A stretch of 38,609 nt of DNA from Octopus bimaculoides (lineage: Eukaryota). This document shows positions 22,674 to 34,902 of the stretch, one piece after another. Positions within the stretch are counted from its first letter, which is position 1. Every line of letters starts with the position of its first letter. Below the pieces are notes generated by a model. It ran no database searches, was not told where the DNA came from, and saw nothing but the letters and a program-made list of their open reading frames with translations. The position numbers were made by a program, and so were the translations under genes. The stretch spans positions 24,324,084 through 24,362,692 of the forward strand of contig NC_068993.1 of assembly GCF_001194135.2 (NCBI RefSeq), read 5' to 3'.

Positions 22674-24856
22674 GCATCCGAGAAACAACTTTTATCGCAG
22701 ATATTGCAAAATATTGAAAGAATATTCGTGGGCCCGAGACTTACATGGATAATGCATTATGATAACAGAGCAATTATCAACCAAGACCTTAATAGGTCAT
22801 AAATGAATCTATAAACTTAACCTTACACATGAGATAAGAATATTAGGCATTTTGAAACGCAAATCACAGAAGGACTCAAGCATCACAGCTTTTGTAATTA
22901 TTATTACTACTTACTGTTGGGTGTCAGAAATATTTTGATTGCATTATAAAATGTTGCATATTGTAAAGTCTTTTTTACATTTCACTAATTTTATGTTTCA
23001 TCCTTCGATGAAACAGGAACTACCTATTGCCAATATGATAAATCACCATTACTGTCAATATGAGTTCTTGCACTAAATTCCTGGCAAAAATTTGTGTTTA
23101 ATTCACCTCTTAATTGCAGTTATGTCTGATGAGACGAAGCAGGGAATGCTTCTAGCAGAATATAAAGACTCATTTTAAGGGAGCAATCTTAACTCTTCAG
23201 TAGTATAGATGCCATAGAAACGATTAGTACATAGAAACATGATAGAAGTCTTTCTAATTGTTCCATCTTCAGAAAATTTTCAATATCCATTTTCTTAACT
23301 TCGTCTATAAGTCAAAAGCGATTGGTCATATATAAAACAACCTTTTTCAAGTACAATTGTATTCTTGAAAATATATTTTCTTCTATTTATTTTTACTTGA
23401 AGAGAAAAAAAAATACGTACATATTCATTTCTGAAAACAGAAAATATTTAGAGTCAATGTAAAACAGCGCTTTAATATATTTAGTGTATTCATAGAAAAA
23501 TCATGATCTTTTCATAGTATTTCGAAAATATCTATTATGAATTCTATATAACCATGTGATGTGGAGCATCTTGCTCAAAGACTGACTCAGTCATATATTT
23601 GCTGTAAGTTTGGAATCACTTACAATAATCATACGGGGACACATATTTAAAAAAGATATCCACGTTAATTATTATATTTTTAAAAGAAAATATTATGTGT
23701 TGTACATCACAGATAGAACTAAAAACTGGTTTATAATGTGAACGCGATCACTTTGACGAAGTATGAGAGAAAACACTAATCATTCATTTAATGAGAACTG
23801 TTCCGCTTTTCAAAACTATAGTTAACATTTGATCACCTGTCTTTTATGCTCGATCTCAGGCAATAATTATTAATGTATAATCTGTAAAATTGAAAATCAT
23901 TCTATTCCATTTCCCTATGTAAAATCATTTCTCAAATTTATTTGATTGTGTACAAGTAATTACTGCCTACGTATCCTTAACCGGTAAAAAGGCATAAAAC
24001 AAGCAAATAGTCATTTGCACATGTAATCATAAGAGTGTCACATAATTAATTCATATACCTTTCCAAGCATAAAAGTAATTAAATATGTATTTTACATTTA
24101 CAATTTTCCTTTTAGTTTGCTACATTTAACGAATTGCGTCGTTAACAACAAATGAATGCGTTTGATCTTACTCTTTAGAAAAGTGTACTCTCTATGTAGG
24201 TGTTTAATATTTCAATAGTTCGATTTGAAATAATAGCAAAGAGAAAATAGAAAAAAAGTTATGAGAATTGTTTAAAGAAATTATAAATCAAATCTTCATT
24301 GTACCATTTCACCTATGATTAATGGTTACCAGGTTAATTAAATATAGGATATATTTTTAGTACAACCTTCCACCTAAGCTCATTAGAGATTAGTTAGTAT
24401 CCTGATATATTCTTCAAACCATGTGTCGTTTGATCTTGCACAGTTTCTTCTTAATTTTTCTTATTCTATGTAAACTTGATACTCATTGATGTTTGAGTCA
24501 TTCCGTTACATCGTGAAAATTAATTGCCTAAAGTCAAGATAATTTTAAGAGAGGTGAGAATGATATAACATTAAGAATGCAATGGTTTCATTAATGGTAA
24601 TTCTTACGACCCTGGATAGATAAATGTTACCAGGATTTGACTTAATCGTATATGTGAAGTAGATAAATATTAAGATCTGATTCCAATGAACAACTTCCAG
24701 TTAAATAGTGAAGTGCAAATAAAATAGTCCAACTAGGAATCATAAGCAGTTACAAAATCAGTCGAATAAATTTCATCATCATTAAAATGATTTAAAATTT
24801 TGTAGTCATATGCACAATATATACGCACAGAAACACAAATACATACAATATTTAAA

Positions 24857-25817
24857 TAAGCAGAAAATGGAGAAAACTTTTAATCGACAGACAAACAAAT
24901 TGACCAACATCGGTGAATCATTTTTTAATAAAAAAACATAACATAGCATTACATAACATTTCTTACTGCCGTTTCGGCTACCGATGTCAATCGGTACTTG
25001 CAAAGAAAATTCCGAAAATAATATTCGCCATCTTTATAGCACATTCGATCTAGTACATGGAGCTTCATCAGAGTGAATACAAACACATAAAATAAAATAA
25101 ACGAAGTGAAGAGGGAAGTGGAAAGAATAGGGTCTCGAGATGAATCCAGAATGCTCAATATATTAGAATCATACCATTTTGCAGTGTGAAGCCTGAAATC
25201 GATAGACAATAGAGGGAACTAGAAAATGAGCTAGAGAGCTAATTTATGGGTTATCTCTTTATGTAGGGGTACCAGGGTGTGCAAATACTAGTAGGATAAA
25301 ATTAGTGCTTAAGTAAAACAGGAATCGCCAATTTGTCTAGAGAGCTAATTGTACTTATGATTTCGTAAATAGAGCTAATTAATATTTATCCAAAACCAAA
25401 CCCGTAGAGTTTTTATAATGGTGTACTTACTTAATTATTCCGGAGACCAAATACCTGTTGTTCATGATGGAATTGACGAAGTCCAGCCATCTCTACAATT
25501 GGTCAGTTATACTTATACCAAGAGTAAGTTAAGATCGTACAGAGGTGTCTAAACCTCTTCTTTCCTTTTCCCTCTTCCCTTCGTTTATTTTGTTTTATGT
25601 ATTTGTATTCACTCTGATGAAGATCCATGTACTTGATCATATGTGCTATAAAGATGGCGAATAATATTTCCGAAATTTTCTTATAAGCACCGATTAACAT
25701 CGGCAGCCGAAACGGCCGTAAAAAGATCTATGTAATGTTTTGCATTAAAAAATTGAGTAGCCCATGTTGGTCAATTTGTTTGTTTGTCGATTAAAAGTTT
25801 TCTCCATTTTCTGCTTA
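24857..25817 (+). mobile_element. Penelope-like element remnant with inverted pseudo-LTR arms
   Basis: Imperfect inverted arms at about 24857-25127 and 25558-25817. The spacer encodes RMLNILESYHF / KPEIDRQ (25148-25209), resembling the PLE GIY-YIG C-terminal tail (LESxxI..KPxLNRQ). Each arm carries a hairpin followed by CCGAAACGG[C/A]GTA, a minimal hammerhead-like motif. Confidence 0.6.
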
Positions 25818-26009
25818 TATACATTTAAATTTGATTCCTGATAAACTTTTGTTTATTCTTTTATTACCTGTACCCTATGAGCATAGTGTGCTTGCATACC
25901 CATGCCCAGGGATAGCATAGGTAAATGATACCGGCAGTAAGAACGGATATTCTTATCACTTACACGGTTATTCCAACCGCTAACTCTGCTTATCTTGGAC
26001 ATATCTTGC

Positions 26010-26029
26010 ATATATATATATATATATCT

Positions 26030-26086
<57 letters not shown>
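26010..26086. repeat. (TA)n microsatellite
   Basis: Seen directly. Confidence 0.98.
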
Positions 26087-26089
<3 letters not shown>

Positions 26090-28909
26090 TACACTTCATG
26101 AATTCATATATTCATAATATTCATTTATATCAATACATATATATATACTAATCACATATATATATACATATACATGTGTGCGTGTGTCTGTGTGTACGTT
26201 TGTATGTCTATATGTATATTCATAAATTTTTTCTTAAGTAACTATATTTTAGTAAAGAATTTGTCTGACATTTTATATGTAGATTTATCTCCTAATTTTT
26301 CTATTTATATATGCATTTATATGTACTCTCCTATATTTCAGTATTAGATATGCATGCGTTACACGTATATCGCATAAAATGAATTAGTTACAGTATAGAT
26401 TTACATCTCATTATTATTCAGTATCGCTTGGGATTTATAATTATCTACTCACAGAAACCTCCCAAATCAGACCCCTAACAACATGCACCTATATTTTCCA
26501 AATCATACAAACTTATTTTAACATAAATTTGTAAGTACATAGATTAATATGTGGTGACTCCTTACATCTATATATACTGAAGAATTATGTTTGATAGGTC
26601 AAGATTTTGTTGCAACCACACTACTTGAGTGTTGCCATGTTCCTTAATTCTGAAATCAATTGTTTCGCTAGTCTTCAAGTAAGAGATTTATCTCTAAACC
26701 ATTTTGAGAAAATAAATCAACAGATATCATTTAATGTTGATAAACGTTCTATAGCAGATTTGTCGAAGGCATCTTTAAGGTGGCACAAATGAAACAATGG
26801 TATATGAATCAAATAAATCCAAATTTGTCAAAAAGACATTATTTAACACTTGTATATCAGATCAAATTGATAAAGCTAGTTATATTTCTACATGATATGG
26901 ATAAACAACGAATAGTAAGTAAATCAACGTAGAGCATATCAATTAATTTGAAAATATCCTCTAGCTTTGCCAGAAAACAATTCATACATTCTGTAGACTA
27001 TTGAATAATTGCAAACTAACATTTATTGCCAAATTTACAACAGTAATTGATTTATAATTAATATTGACTAACATATAAAACCGATGAATATGTTTATAAA
27101 GTTTGGGGGTAAAATCAAAATTTTCGCAATATTATATACATTATTATGACTTCCAGAATCACGTATACAAAGGGGTATATGTGATTTTTACATCAGGGTG
27201 AGACTTGGCATAAGCGAATCGTGATCTCTTTCGGTAGTTATGGATAAATTTTATTATGAAGCAAAGCTAGGAATACTTTTAGCATATACAATTTATTTGC
27301 GATATCCATTCAGCACAGTTGACGACATAAAAATTTAATTGGAAATTATTGAATTTCTTCAAAATTTTATGTATTTTAATATTATTATATGTTGGTTTTA
27401 TTGCTTATTTTCCATACTTGTATGAACATTCCAGCTGTATAATGTAATTTTGTTCATCGGCAGATATTACTGCATTTTATCAAAATGGAATTTTCTAAAA
27501 TCTCTGCAACCTAATCAGTATTTCTAGAATAGAATTGGTTTACGACTTCCAAATAATGACTAAAACAATGTTGTCTGCAAGTGATCTTTGACGTTATTCA
27601 CTCTACATCTACAGAAATAAATTGCAGATAATAAGTGAAAAATTGTACTCAACATTAGATGCTAAGTTAAAAATCAGTTGTGTGCATAACGAAACAAAGA
27701 AATAGATTCTGAAATGTTGCATGATACTATAAACTAAGGTTCAATGTGATCGTTTAGAATAGAACGCAAAAAGAAGAAAACACAAATTTTGTTAACAATA
27801 ATTTCATCAATAATACTAAATTAATAATGAAGGTGTACAAGTTGGAAATTGTTTGAAAATAACCAAATATTCATTATATAAAGCACCTTATGAGGACATG
27901 AATATTTTAAATCGTATCTGTAAATCAAAGTTCTCATTGGAAATTAATCTGACTAGATGCTGCATCTCATACATTTACACTGAGATAGTTGGAATGATAT
28001 CAGGACTTCAGCACATACATTGACTCTATAGGTAACTCGTTGAATTCATTTACCTACATTGTATCCGAGGTAGACATTTTCCTATCAACTCCCAAGATTG
28101 AATGAAAATGATTCCAACAGGATGTGAACATATAATCTGATAAGCATTCAACAAACTACTGTTAAACAACCATAATACTGATAAATATGATAGTACTTAT
28201 GGTAATTGTAACGATGATATTGAGGAGGAGAATAAAACTCGTTAGCTTCAATGTCAAGAAACCAAATGTACGCTCGCAGTATTCACCATCACAATCACCA
28301 GCATAGGCTCAAATGAATATTGCATTCAAGAAAATAATCATAAACAGATAGAAAGGTAAACAGATGTCAGAAAGAAACTTCTATGAGCATAAAAGTTAGC
28401 CACACGAACAACTCTAACAGTTTAAGCGCACGCCATGATACAAAAGTAACACAAACAATATTTTCATTTTCCAACAGCAACAAAATTCATATATCCCCTA
28501 CTCCCAATCACCATCTTTGAAAGACCCTGCAAATGATCGTCAATTCAAGCAAAAACGCACTCTTAGATAGATAATGCCTTTCTTCATTTCTTTTGCTATC
28601 TTCCACACACATTCGAACGACTTTTACAAGCAACTCTATGCCTGAAATCAAACTTATACTGACTTTATGACCAAAAAGTTCTACAGCTTTTAGTCAAGGA
28701 GCCGTGAAGTTTGTTTCCCATAACAACTGAAAGACACAATCCATATACATATGAAGGAAACGATAATGTACCCCAGTCTAACGTCTAACGTGTACCATGT
28801 ACAATTGGAACCATGAGTTACCTATTGACCGGTCTCTTGGTGAGCTGACACCGACAACACGATATGTCCTCCATCAGTTACTAACTACTTCTAAAGCTTG
28901 TGATATTCG

Positions 28910-29048
28910 TGGTACTTATTTTATCGAGCCCTAAAGGATGTAAGTTAAAGTCAACGGTGCCAAAATTTGAACTCAGAACGTAAATACAGACAAAATGCTG
29001 CTTAGCACTTTGTCCGGCATCTTATTGATTCTGTAAGCTCGGGGCCTT
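28910..29048 (-). mobile_element. SINE family 3 copy, 3' truncated
   Basis: tggtacttattttatcga...aatttgaactcagaacgtaa...gctgcttagcactttgtccggc is the reverse complement of the family 3 head and centre. Confidence 0.8.
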
Positions 29049-29883
29049 TGTTAATGCAATATTAGGGTTCAGCTCTTATGTTTACTCTATTGATTATTCA
29101 ATTTTTTTAAATTCATCTTTATTGTATCGGGGTTATGTATTTTCCTCTCAAGATGGAATGTAGGTGATTCTATTAAGAGGCGAACTCATTCAGCAAACAG
29201 TTCTTGAACAATGAAGATAATGATAAATGTGATGATAATGATAATTGTAATGATGAAGGACGAAAAGGAGAATTAAACTCATCAGCTTCAACATGTGAAA
29301 ACCAAATGTACGCTTGCTGTATTCATTATCACCGTCACCAGCATAGACACAATAGAACATTAAATGCAAGAAAGAAAACATGGATTGCTGTAAAGACATC
29401 ATCTACACGGAGTAGCATAAATATTGCACTACTCCAGACACCCCTACCTTTATTCCTTACAATTTTCCCTCTAGAGTTTCCTATTTACTCATGAGGTACA
29501 TTACAACTAGCACTATGCAAGTTTTGAAGAGAAACATTACCCATGTCGACTTACATTTGTCGTGGGATGAGAAAGAACGGTGAAGATTTTGAACACATCT
29601 CCGTCAACTCACTATATCAACGTCCCACTTCATGCACTACACTATTGGGCAATATTCATAATGTCTCGTCTCTGATGCGTTCCCTCTGCTATTTTATTCT
29701 CTTTGATTTAAGTTTTTTTGTTGTTTTTTTTTTGTGGACGATATCTATCTCATTCATATTTTATGTCAGATGTAACATATCCCACATCTCGTTGAGTATA
29801 TATCTCTATAGTTATCTGAAGTGCTTACCATACTTTTTCACCTATAATGTTAAAATGCATTGTTTATTATTACAAAGAGAACG

Positions 29884-30097
29884 AAGGCGGTATGCTGGCA
29901 GAATCCTTAACAACGCCGGGCAAAATGCTTAGCAGCATTTCATCAGTCTTTACGATCTAACTTCAAATCCCACCTAGGACAATTTTGCATTTCACGCTTT
30001 GGTGTCAATAAAATAATTATCAGTTGAACACAGGAATCAATGTAATCGATTCATCCCTACCCTTAAAATTGCTGGCCTTGTGCGAAAATTTGAAAAT
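29884..30097 (+). mobile_element. SINE family 3 copy with degenerate 17-bp TSD
   Basis: aaggcggtatgctggcagaatcc...; flanks attattacaaagagaac (29866-29882) / attattaaaaggagaat (30098-30114). Confidence 0.85.
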
Positions 30098-30788
30098 ATT
30101 ATTAAAAGGAGAATGTCTTTGATTCTTATTTTCAGTTGTACTAATAATAATTGTTACATAGTTACAGATATTAGAGTAAATGATATATTGAGAGTCAACG
30201 GAATAGTGAAATGTAGTTTGAGTACCTTAATCTTAAGATTATCAATTTATAGGCAGACAATAGGCACAATACCTCAACTCTTGGAAATGGTCATATTTAT
30301 AAACAGTTCTTGGTACTATTCTACTTATAAAATGTAGCGCTAAAGGATTTTGGTTGTCGCTGAGAACTTCTTAAGAAGAGATGTATAAAAGTAGGTTAAG
30401 AGATATAAAAAGTTAGGTCGAGAGGTGGAGAATTTAGAATATCTACGCTATAAATAAGTCTTGTTGAAGTGAGATTTATGGAAGAAGCTTTAAAATTATA
30501 GTTTTCCGAATGAATAAGTACAAAATAAAATAATAGAGTATGTGTCGATAAAGTAGAAATCAACTTAGCATTCTCTTCCCAATTAAATGCTATTCTTATT
30601 TCAGTTCTAGATTTCTTTCTTAGGTTATATTTTTTAACTGTATTTATAATCCATAAGACAATTAGAGTAACACTTTTAAAAGTTAAATCAATATTGGCAT
30701 TTCTACATTTTGTATATTTTTAGTTCATCATTTTTTTAAAGATTTTTCCTCTAACGCTCTGTTTCTTTGTCAGAATATAGATATTTGC

Positions 30789-31001
30789 AAGGCGGTGAGC
30801 TGGCAGAACCGTTAGCACGCCAGGCGAAATACTTAGCGATATTTCGTCTGTCTTTAAGTTCTGAGTTCAAATTCCTCCGAGGTTGACTTCGCCTTTCATC
30901 TTTCGAGGTCGATAAATTAAGTACCAGTTGCGTACTGAGGTCGATCTAACCGACTAGCCCTCTCACCAAAAATTTCGGGCCTTGTGCATAAAGTGGAAAA
31001 T
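30789..31001 (+). mobile_element. SINE family 3, best-preserved copy with perfect 15-bp TSD
   Basis: A box TGGCAGAACCG, B box GAGTTCAAATTCC, central gcctttcatctttcgaggtcgataaattaagtaccagt; AATATAGATATTTGC at 30774-30788 and 31002-31016. Confidence 0.92.
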
Positions 31002-31639
31002 AATATAGATATTTGCGGCATATGCAATGGAATTGCTCCTTTTTGAAAAATTAATTTTCACTTCAGAATCCCTTGAATTTCTTGTGGTTGTGGAAACTTT
31101 CGTTTCCAAAATTTCATATCTTACTTGGTTTTGAACGTTCCTCCAGGTTTCTTATATTTTGCTTTCGAGAGAAAACCTGAACTTTATTGAGATGTGTTTT
31201 AAGTTTCTACAATAAGTAAAAAACAAATGAGTTGAAATTTAGACTAATACAANNNNNNNNNNNNNNNNNNNNNNNNNNNNNNNNNNNNNNNNNNNNNNNN
31301 NNNNNNNNNNNNNNNNNNNNNNNNNNNNNNNNNNNNNNNNNNNNNNNNNNNNNNNNNNNNNNNNNNNNNNNNNNNNNNNNNNNNNNNNNNNNNNNNNNNN
31401 NNNNNNNNNNNNNNNNNNNNNNNNNNNNNNNNNNNNNNNNNNNNNNNNNNNNNNNNNNNNNNNNNNNNNNNNNNNNNNNNNNNNNNNNNNNNNNNNNNNN
31501 NNNNNNNNNNNNNNNNNNNNNNNNNNNNNNNNNNNNNNNNNNNNNNNNNNNNNNNNNNNNNNATATATATACGTATATATATATAGAGAGAGAGAGAAAT
31601 ATTAATATTCCTAAGTCTCTCTAAAGGCGACTACGGCAA

Positions 31640-32235
31640 CGGTACTGGATATTAACAGTTATTGCCAGGTATCATTGACAACGATGCCGCCAAGTCAATC
31701 AGGTCTATCGCCAGTGAGACGGGAATGTCTGAGTTATTTATCAGGCTGGTAGTGCATAAAATCATTCAGTATTTCTCATACAAGAGAAGAAAGTGCCAAT
31801 TTTTATCCCAAGGACAAAATGAAAGACAGTTCTATGACGCTTTTGATCAAACTCAAGCATCCCTTCAAGCCAAACATGCTGTGGATTTTCTCAGAGGAGA
31901 AAATTTCTGCCAGGATTAGATGGTGAACACAGAGAATAATGTGTTGGCTTGCCTTGTCCGCAAAACATGTACTGAAAGTGGTAAAAATCAAACATCCAGT
32001 CAAAACTACCGTGTTTAGAGTGATCACTAGTGATGGCGACGTTATGACTCCATTCATCTTCTCACAAGGCCTCAGACTCTACACGGAGGCCTACATCAAA
32101 GTGCCTGGAGGAAGTAATGCTGCCCTGGGTCAAGAGAGTGGCTGCTGGAAGACCCTAAGTTTGGCAACACGACGCTGCAACATACCACGCAAGCAGGAGA
32201 ACCCAGTCGTGGCTGTCAGACAATTTGTTCTACTA
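31640..32235 (+). mobile_element. Tc1/mariner DD37D (maT-like) transposase remnant
   Basis: IDNDAAKSIRSIASETGMSELFIRLVVH..YFSYK, NFCQD, KHPVKTTVFRVITSDGDVMTPFIFSQGLRLYTEAYIK; frameshifted, termini not seen. Confidence 0.85.
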
Positions 32236-32283
32236 AAGGCGTTGTTTCAAATGATTGAAACAGGTAAAATAATAAAATAAAAG

Positions 32284-32315
<32 letters not shown>

Positions 32316-32704
32316 CGTTTGCAATGTTTACTAATGTTTTTTTTCTTACGTCATAATTTCATATCGCGCTCTAGCAGGCGAGCAGTAAGTTCGTTGTAAT
32401 CAATGAACATTTTTTTCTCGTAATCGCGTGTCTTGCGTTTGAATTAGAAACGAATATTAGTCTATTGACTTTTTTTTAATACATGATGCACATCTTTCCC
32501 AATTATTAGGTATGTTTCCATATCATTATTAAGGTGCATGCAAACACATACACTAAAAATATACAAATATAATTTCAGGATTCTACACGTATAAGTTCAC
32601 GCGTAATACCACCACATGTCGTATATAAAAACCAATCGACTGCTTTCTATGCACACAACATATAAGAGTCTAAATAAAATGATTCAAATCCTCATTGTTG
32701 ATTA

Positions 32705-32811
32705 CAGTAATCCCTCGCCATATCGCGGTTCACCTATCACGGTTTGCCTATTGCGGTTTATTATTTAAGCTTATGTCGATTCCTCCGTGGTGTTGTTTTG
32801 CATTTATCATA
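32705..32811 (+). mobile_element. pogo/Tigger-like left terminus
   Basis: TA|CAGTAATCCCTCGCCATATCGCGG resembles pogo-family TIRs; no matching right TIR found. Confidence 0.55.
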
Positions 32812-34067
32812 TTAGGCTGTTCTGAAAATAATGGCCGATTTCAGATACATAATTTTATTCTGGAAAAATTAACAAGAGAAATGCTTTGATTAGTCAAAGT
32901 ATGAATCGTGAACATCTATGTTGCTCTGCCATCAATCAACGAGATAAAACGTTATTGGCTTTGATGGTAAGAAATCTTTGAAAGCTGATTCCACCTCTGG
33001 TTTGGACCTGAAGGTTTTATCACTTAACAACGTGTTTGAATGCTTATAAAATGGTAGTCAGCGGGTGAAAGATCTGGAGAATATGGAGGATGTGGTAAAG
33101 TCTCGTATCCCAATTCTGTGAGTTTCTGCAGCGTCATTCTTGCCAATATGTGGCTTTGTATTATCGTGGAGCAGAATTGGGCCACGTCGATTCACCAATG
33201 CTGGTCTCATGTTTTGCAAGTGAGCATGCATTTCAGCGAGTTGATTGCAGTAAACCTCTGCTGTAATGCTCTGATTGGCTTCGAGAAAGCTGTAATGGAC
33301 ATCAATTGCAGACCACCAGACAATCACCATAATCTTTTGCTAATGCAGCTTTGGCTTTGGGAAATGTCTAGGGGACTCATCATGATCAAGCCATTGACCT
33401 TTTCCTTTACGGTTATCATAAAGGATCCACTTATCATCACAAATGACTGTTCGGTCAAGAAAAGGATCATTAGTGTTTACCAGAAAGATCATCGAACACA
33501 CTTCAAAACGCCGAAGGTTTTGATTTTCATTGAGCTCATGCGGTACCCAGATATCGAGCTTTGTCTCCTTACCAATGTTCTGCAGATTGTGTGAGACCAT
33601 TGCAATACCGACACCAAGTGCCTGAGACATTTCTCTGACACTTTGACGTGGGTTTCGTTCAACAATTGCTTTCAACTGTTAATTGTCAAGACTGCATGAT
33701 CGTCCTCTACTTTCTTCATTTTCAAAGCTTTCATCACCACTACGGTATTTCTGAAACCATCTTCGTACTGTGTGGTCACTTGTGGACCCCTCTCCCCATA
33801 TTCTGTTGATATTGGCAGCGGTTTGGGAGGCGTTGTGCTCAAGCTTGAATTCATGCCAGAAAAGTAAGCGTCTTTTTTTCATGTTCATAATTAAGGGCGC
33901 CTATGCTTCAAGAATGTTTTCTGCCTGAAATAAGTAGAAAATTATTAAATAGCATAAATCCATTATTAAGTATGTCGAAATTCACCTAAAATATAATTAC
34001 AATACTATGATAAGTTGCGTTTCAAAACACAACAGTTAGAGCGGTCATTATTTTCGGAACAACCTAG
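32812..34067 (-). mobile_element. near full-length (about 1.26 kb) mariner (DD34D, Hsmar1/Mos1-like), inactive
   Basis: TIRs ttaggctgttctgaaaataatggccg (32812) and the reverse complement ctaggttgttccgaaaataatgaccg (34067); TA at the left flank; ORF pieces with HTH, WVPHEL, CDDKW, HDN and HPPYSPDLSPADYHF motifs, broken by frameshifts and stops. Confidence 0.95.
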
Positions 34068-34139
34068 GAAAATAAATAAATACAAATCATGAAAAAAGAA
34101 AAACATATACAGTACAGTACTTTTTCTAATTCGCATAAT

Positions 34140-34535
34140 AAAAAGGAATACTGGTGGAATGTACCAGTGAAAACCTCAATAAAATGTAAGTACAACAGAT
34201 CTGATAAAATGATTTGGGATAGAGAAGAGAAACTGTGCACAGTTGTGGAAATTAGCTGCCCAGTAGATGTTAATACAAAGCTGAAGATCAGTGAAAAAGA
34301 GGACACCTATGCTGAACTATTGAGAAATTTGCAGTTACTCTATCCAAATTACAAGTTCAAGTTTATACATGTAATTATTGGGAACCTGGTATATGTAACA
34401 CACTGCCTAAAGACCAATCTTGAGAAACGAGGCTTCTCAAAACCAGAAAAGAGAAAGCTAATTCGAAAACTACAGATCCAATCCATCGCTGGAACTGTAA
34501 AAATCTGTAAAACTTTCCAGAAGTTTATCATTTAA
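34140..34535 (+). mobile_element. 3' end of an RLE-encoding non-LTR retrotransposon (R2/R4/NeSL group)
   Basis: WWNVPVKT..KYNRSDKMIWDREEKLCTVVEISCPVD.N...SEKEDTYAEL is a PD-(D/E)xK restriction-like endonuclease domain; ends GTVKICKTF; followed by a (TACA)n tract. Confidence 0.85.
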
Positions 34536-34616
34536 ATAATATATATGAGCTTGTCTAGATATGCAACTATGTGCATGAGTGCACATACATAAAGCAAAAC
34601 ATACAAATCTGCACAC

Positions 34617-34902
34617 ATACATACATACATGCATACATACATACATACATACATACATACATACATACATACATACATAGAAACAAACAAAAATACCCTG
34701 TTGTTGATGCTGAAATTCAATGAAGGAGCTCTTAATCTAGGTCAGAAACCGATTCTTTCTTTATTGGCAAGAAATCTTGAAATAAATTGAATAATTACAT
34801 TACATACATACATACATATATATACATACATACACACATACATACATACATACATACATACATACATACATACATACATACATACATACATACATACATA
34901 CA
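34617..34902. repeat. two (TACA)n microsatellite tracts
   Basis: Tracts at about 34617-34678 and 34801-34902. Confidence 0.95.

Larger units (their letters stand above)
19620..24800 (+). pseudogene. possible TLR-like pseudogene D, split by the RTE LINE
   Basis: HLRTVRDLSEQTL (19673) and HFEYLA*LNILEIL, LRR-like; NSPLNCS (23100), LRR-CT-like; YNIKNAMVSLMVILTTLDR*MLPGFDLI (24564-24647), resembling TIR box 1 and box 2 with abnormal spacing. Weakest of the six loci. Confidence 0.35.
26600..30500 (+). pseudogene. TLR-like pseudogene E, with a SINE between the TM segment and TIR
   Basis: SLQVRDLSLNHFEKI (26670-26714); EINLTRCCISYIY (27940) then YIDSIGNSL (28016); CYLPHTFERLLQATLCLKSNL (28594-28656); ORF 29543 STYICRG..GEDF...TSC plus TM LCYFILFDLSFFVVFFLWTISISFIFY plus RCNI (RW to RC); RILVVAENFLRR (30344) and LWKKL (30476), TIR-like. 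Confidence 0.6.

Noticed and set aside
23120-23145. Hammerhead core ctgatga
   Set aside because: No stem II or GAAA at the right spacing.
28150-28310. EGF-plus-transmembrane exon on the minus strand
   Set aside because: The hydrophobic tract derives from (ATC/ATT)-like repeats, a stop immediately precedes it, and no good acceptor is conserved in the second copy.
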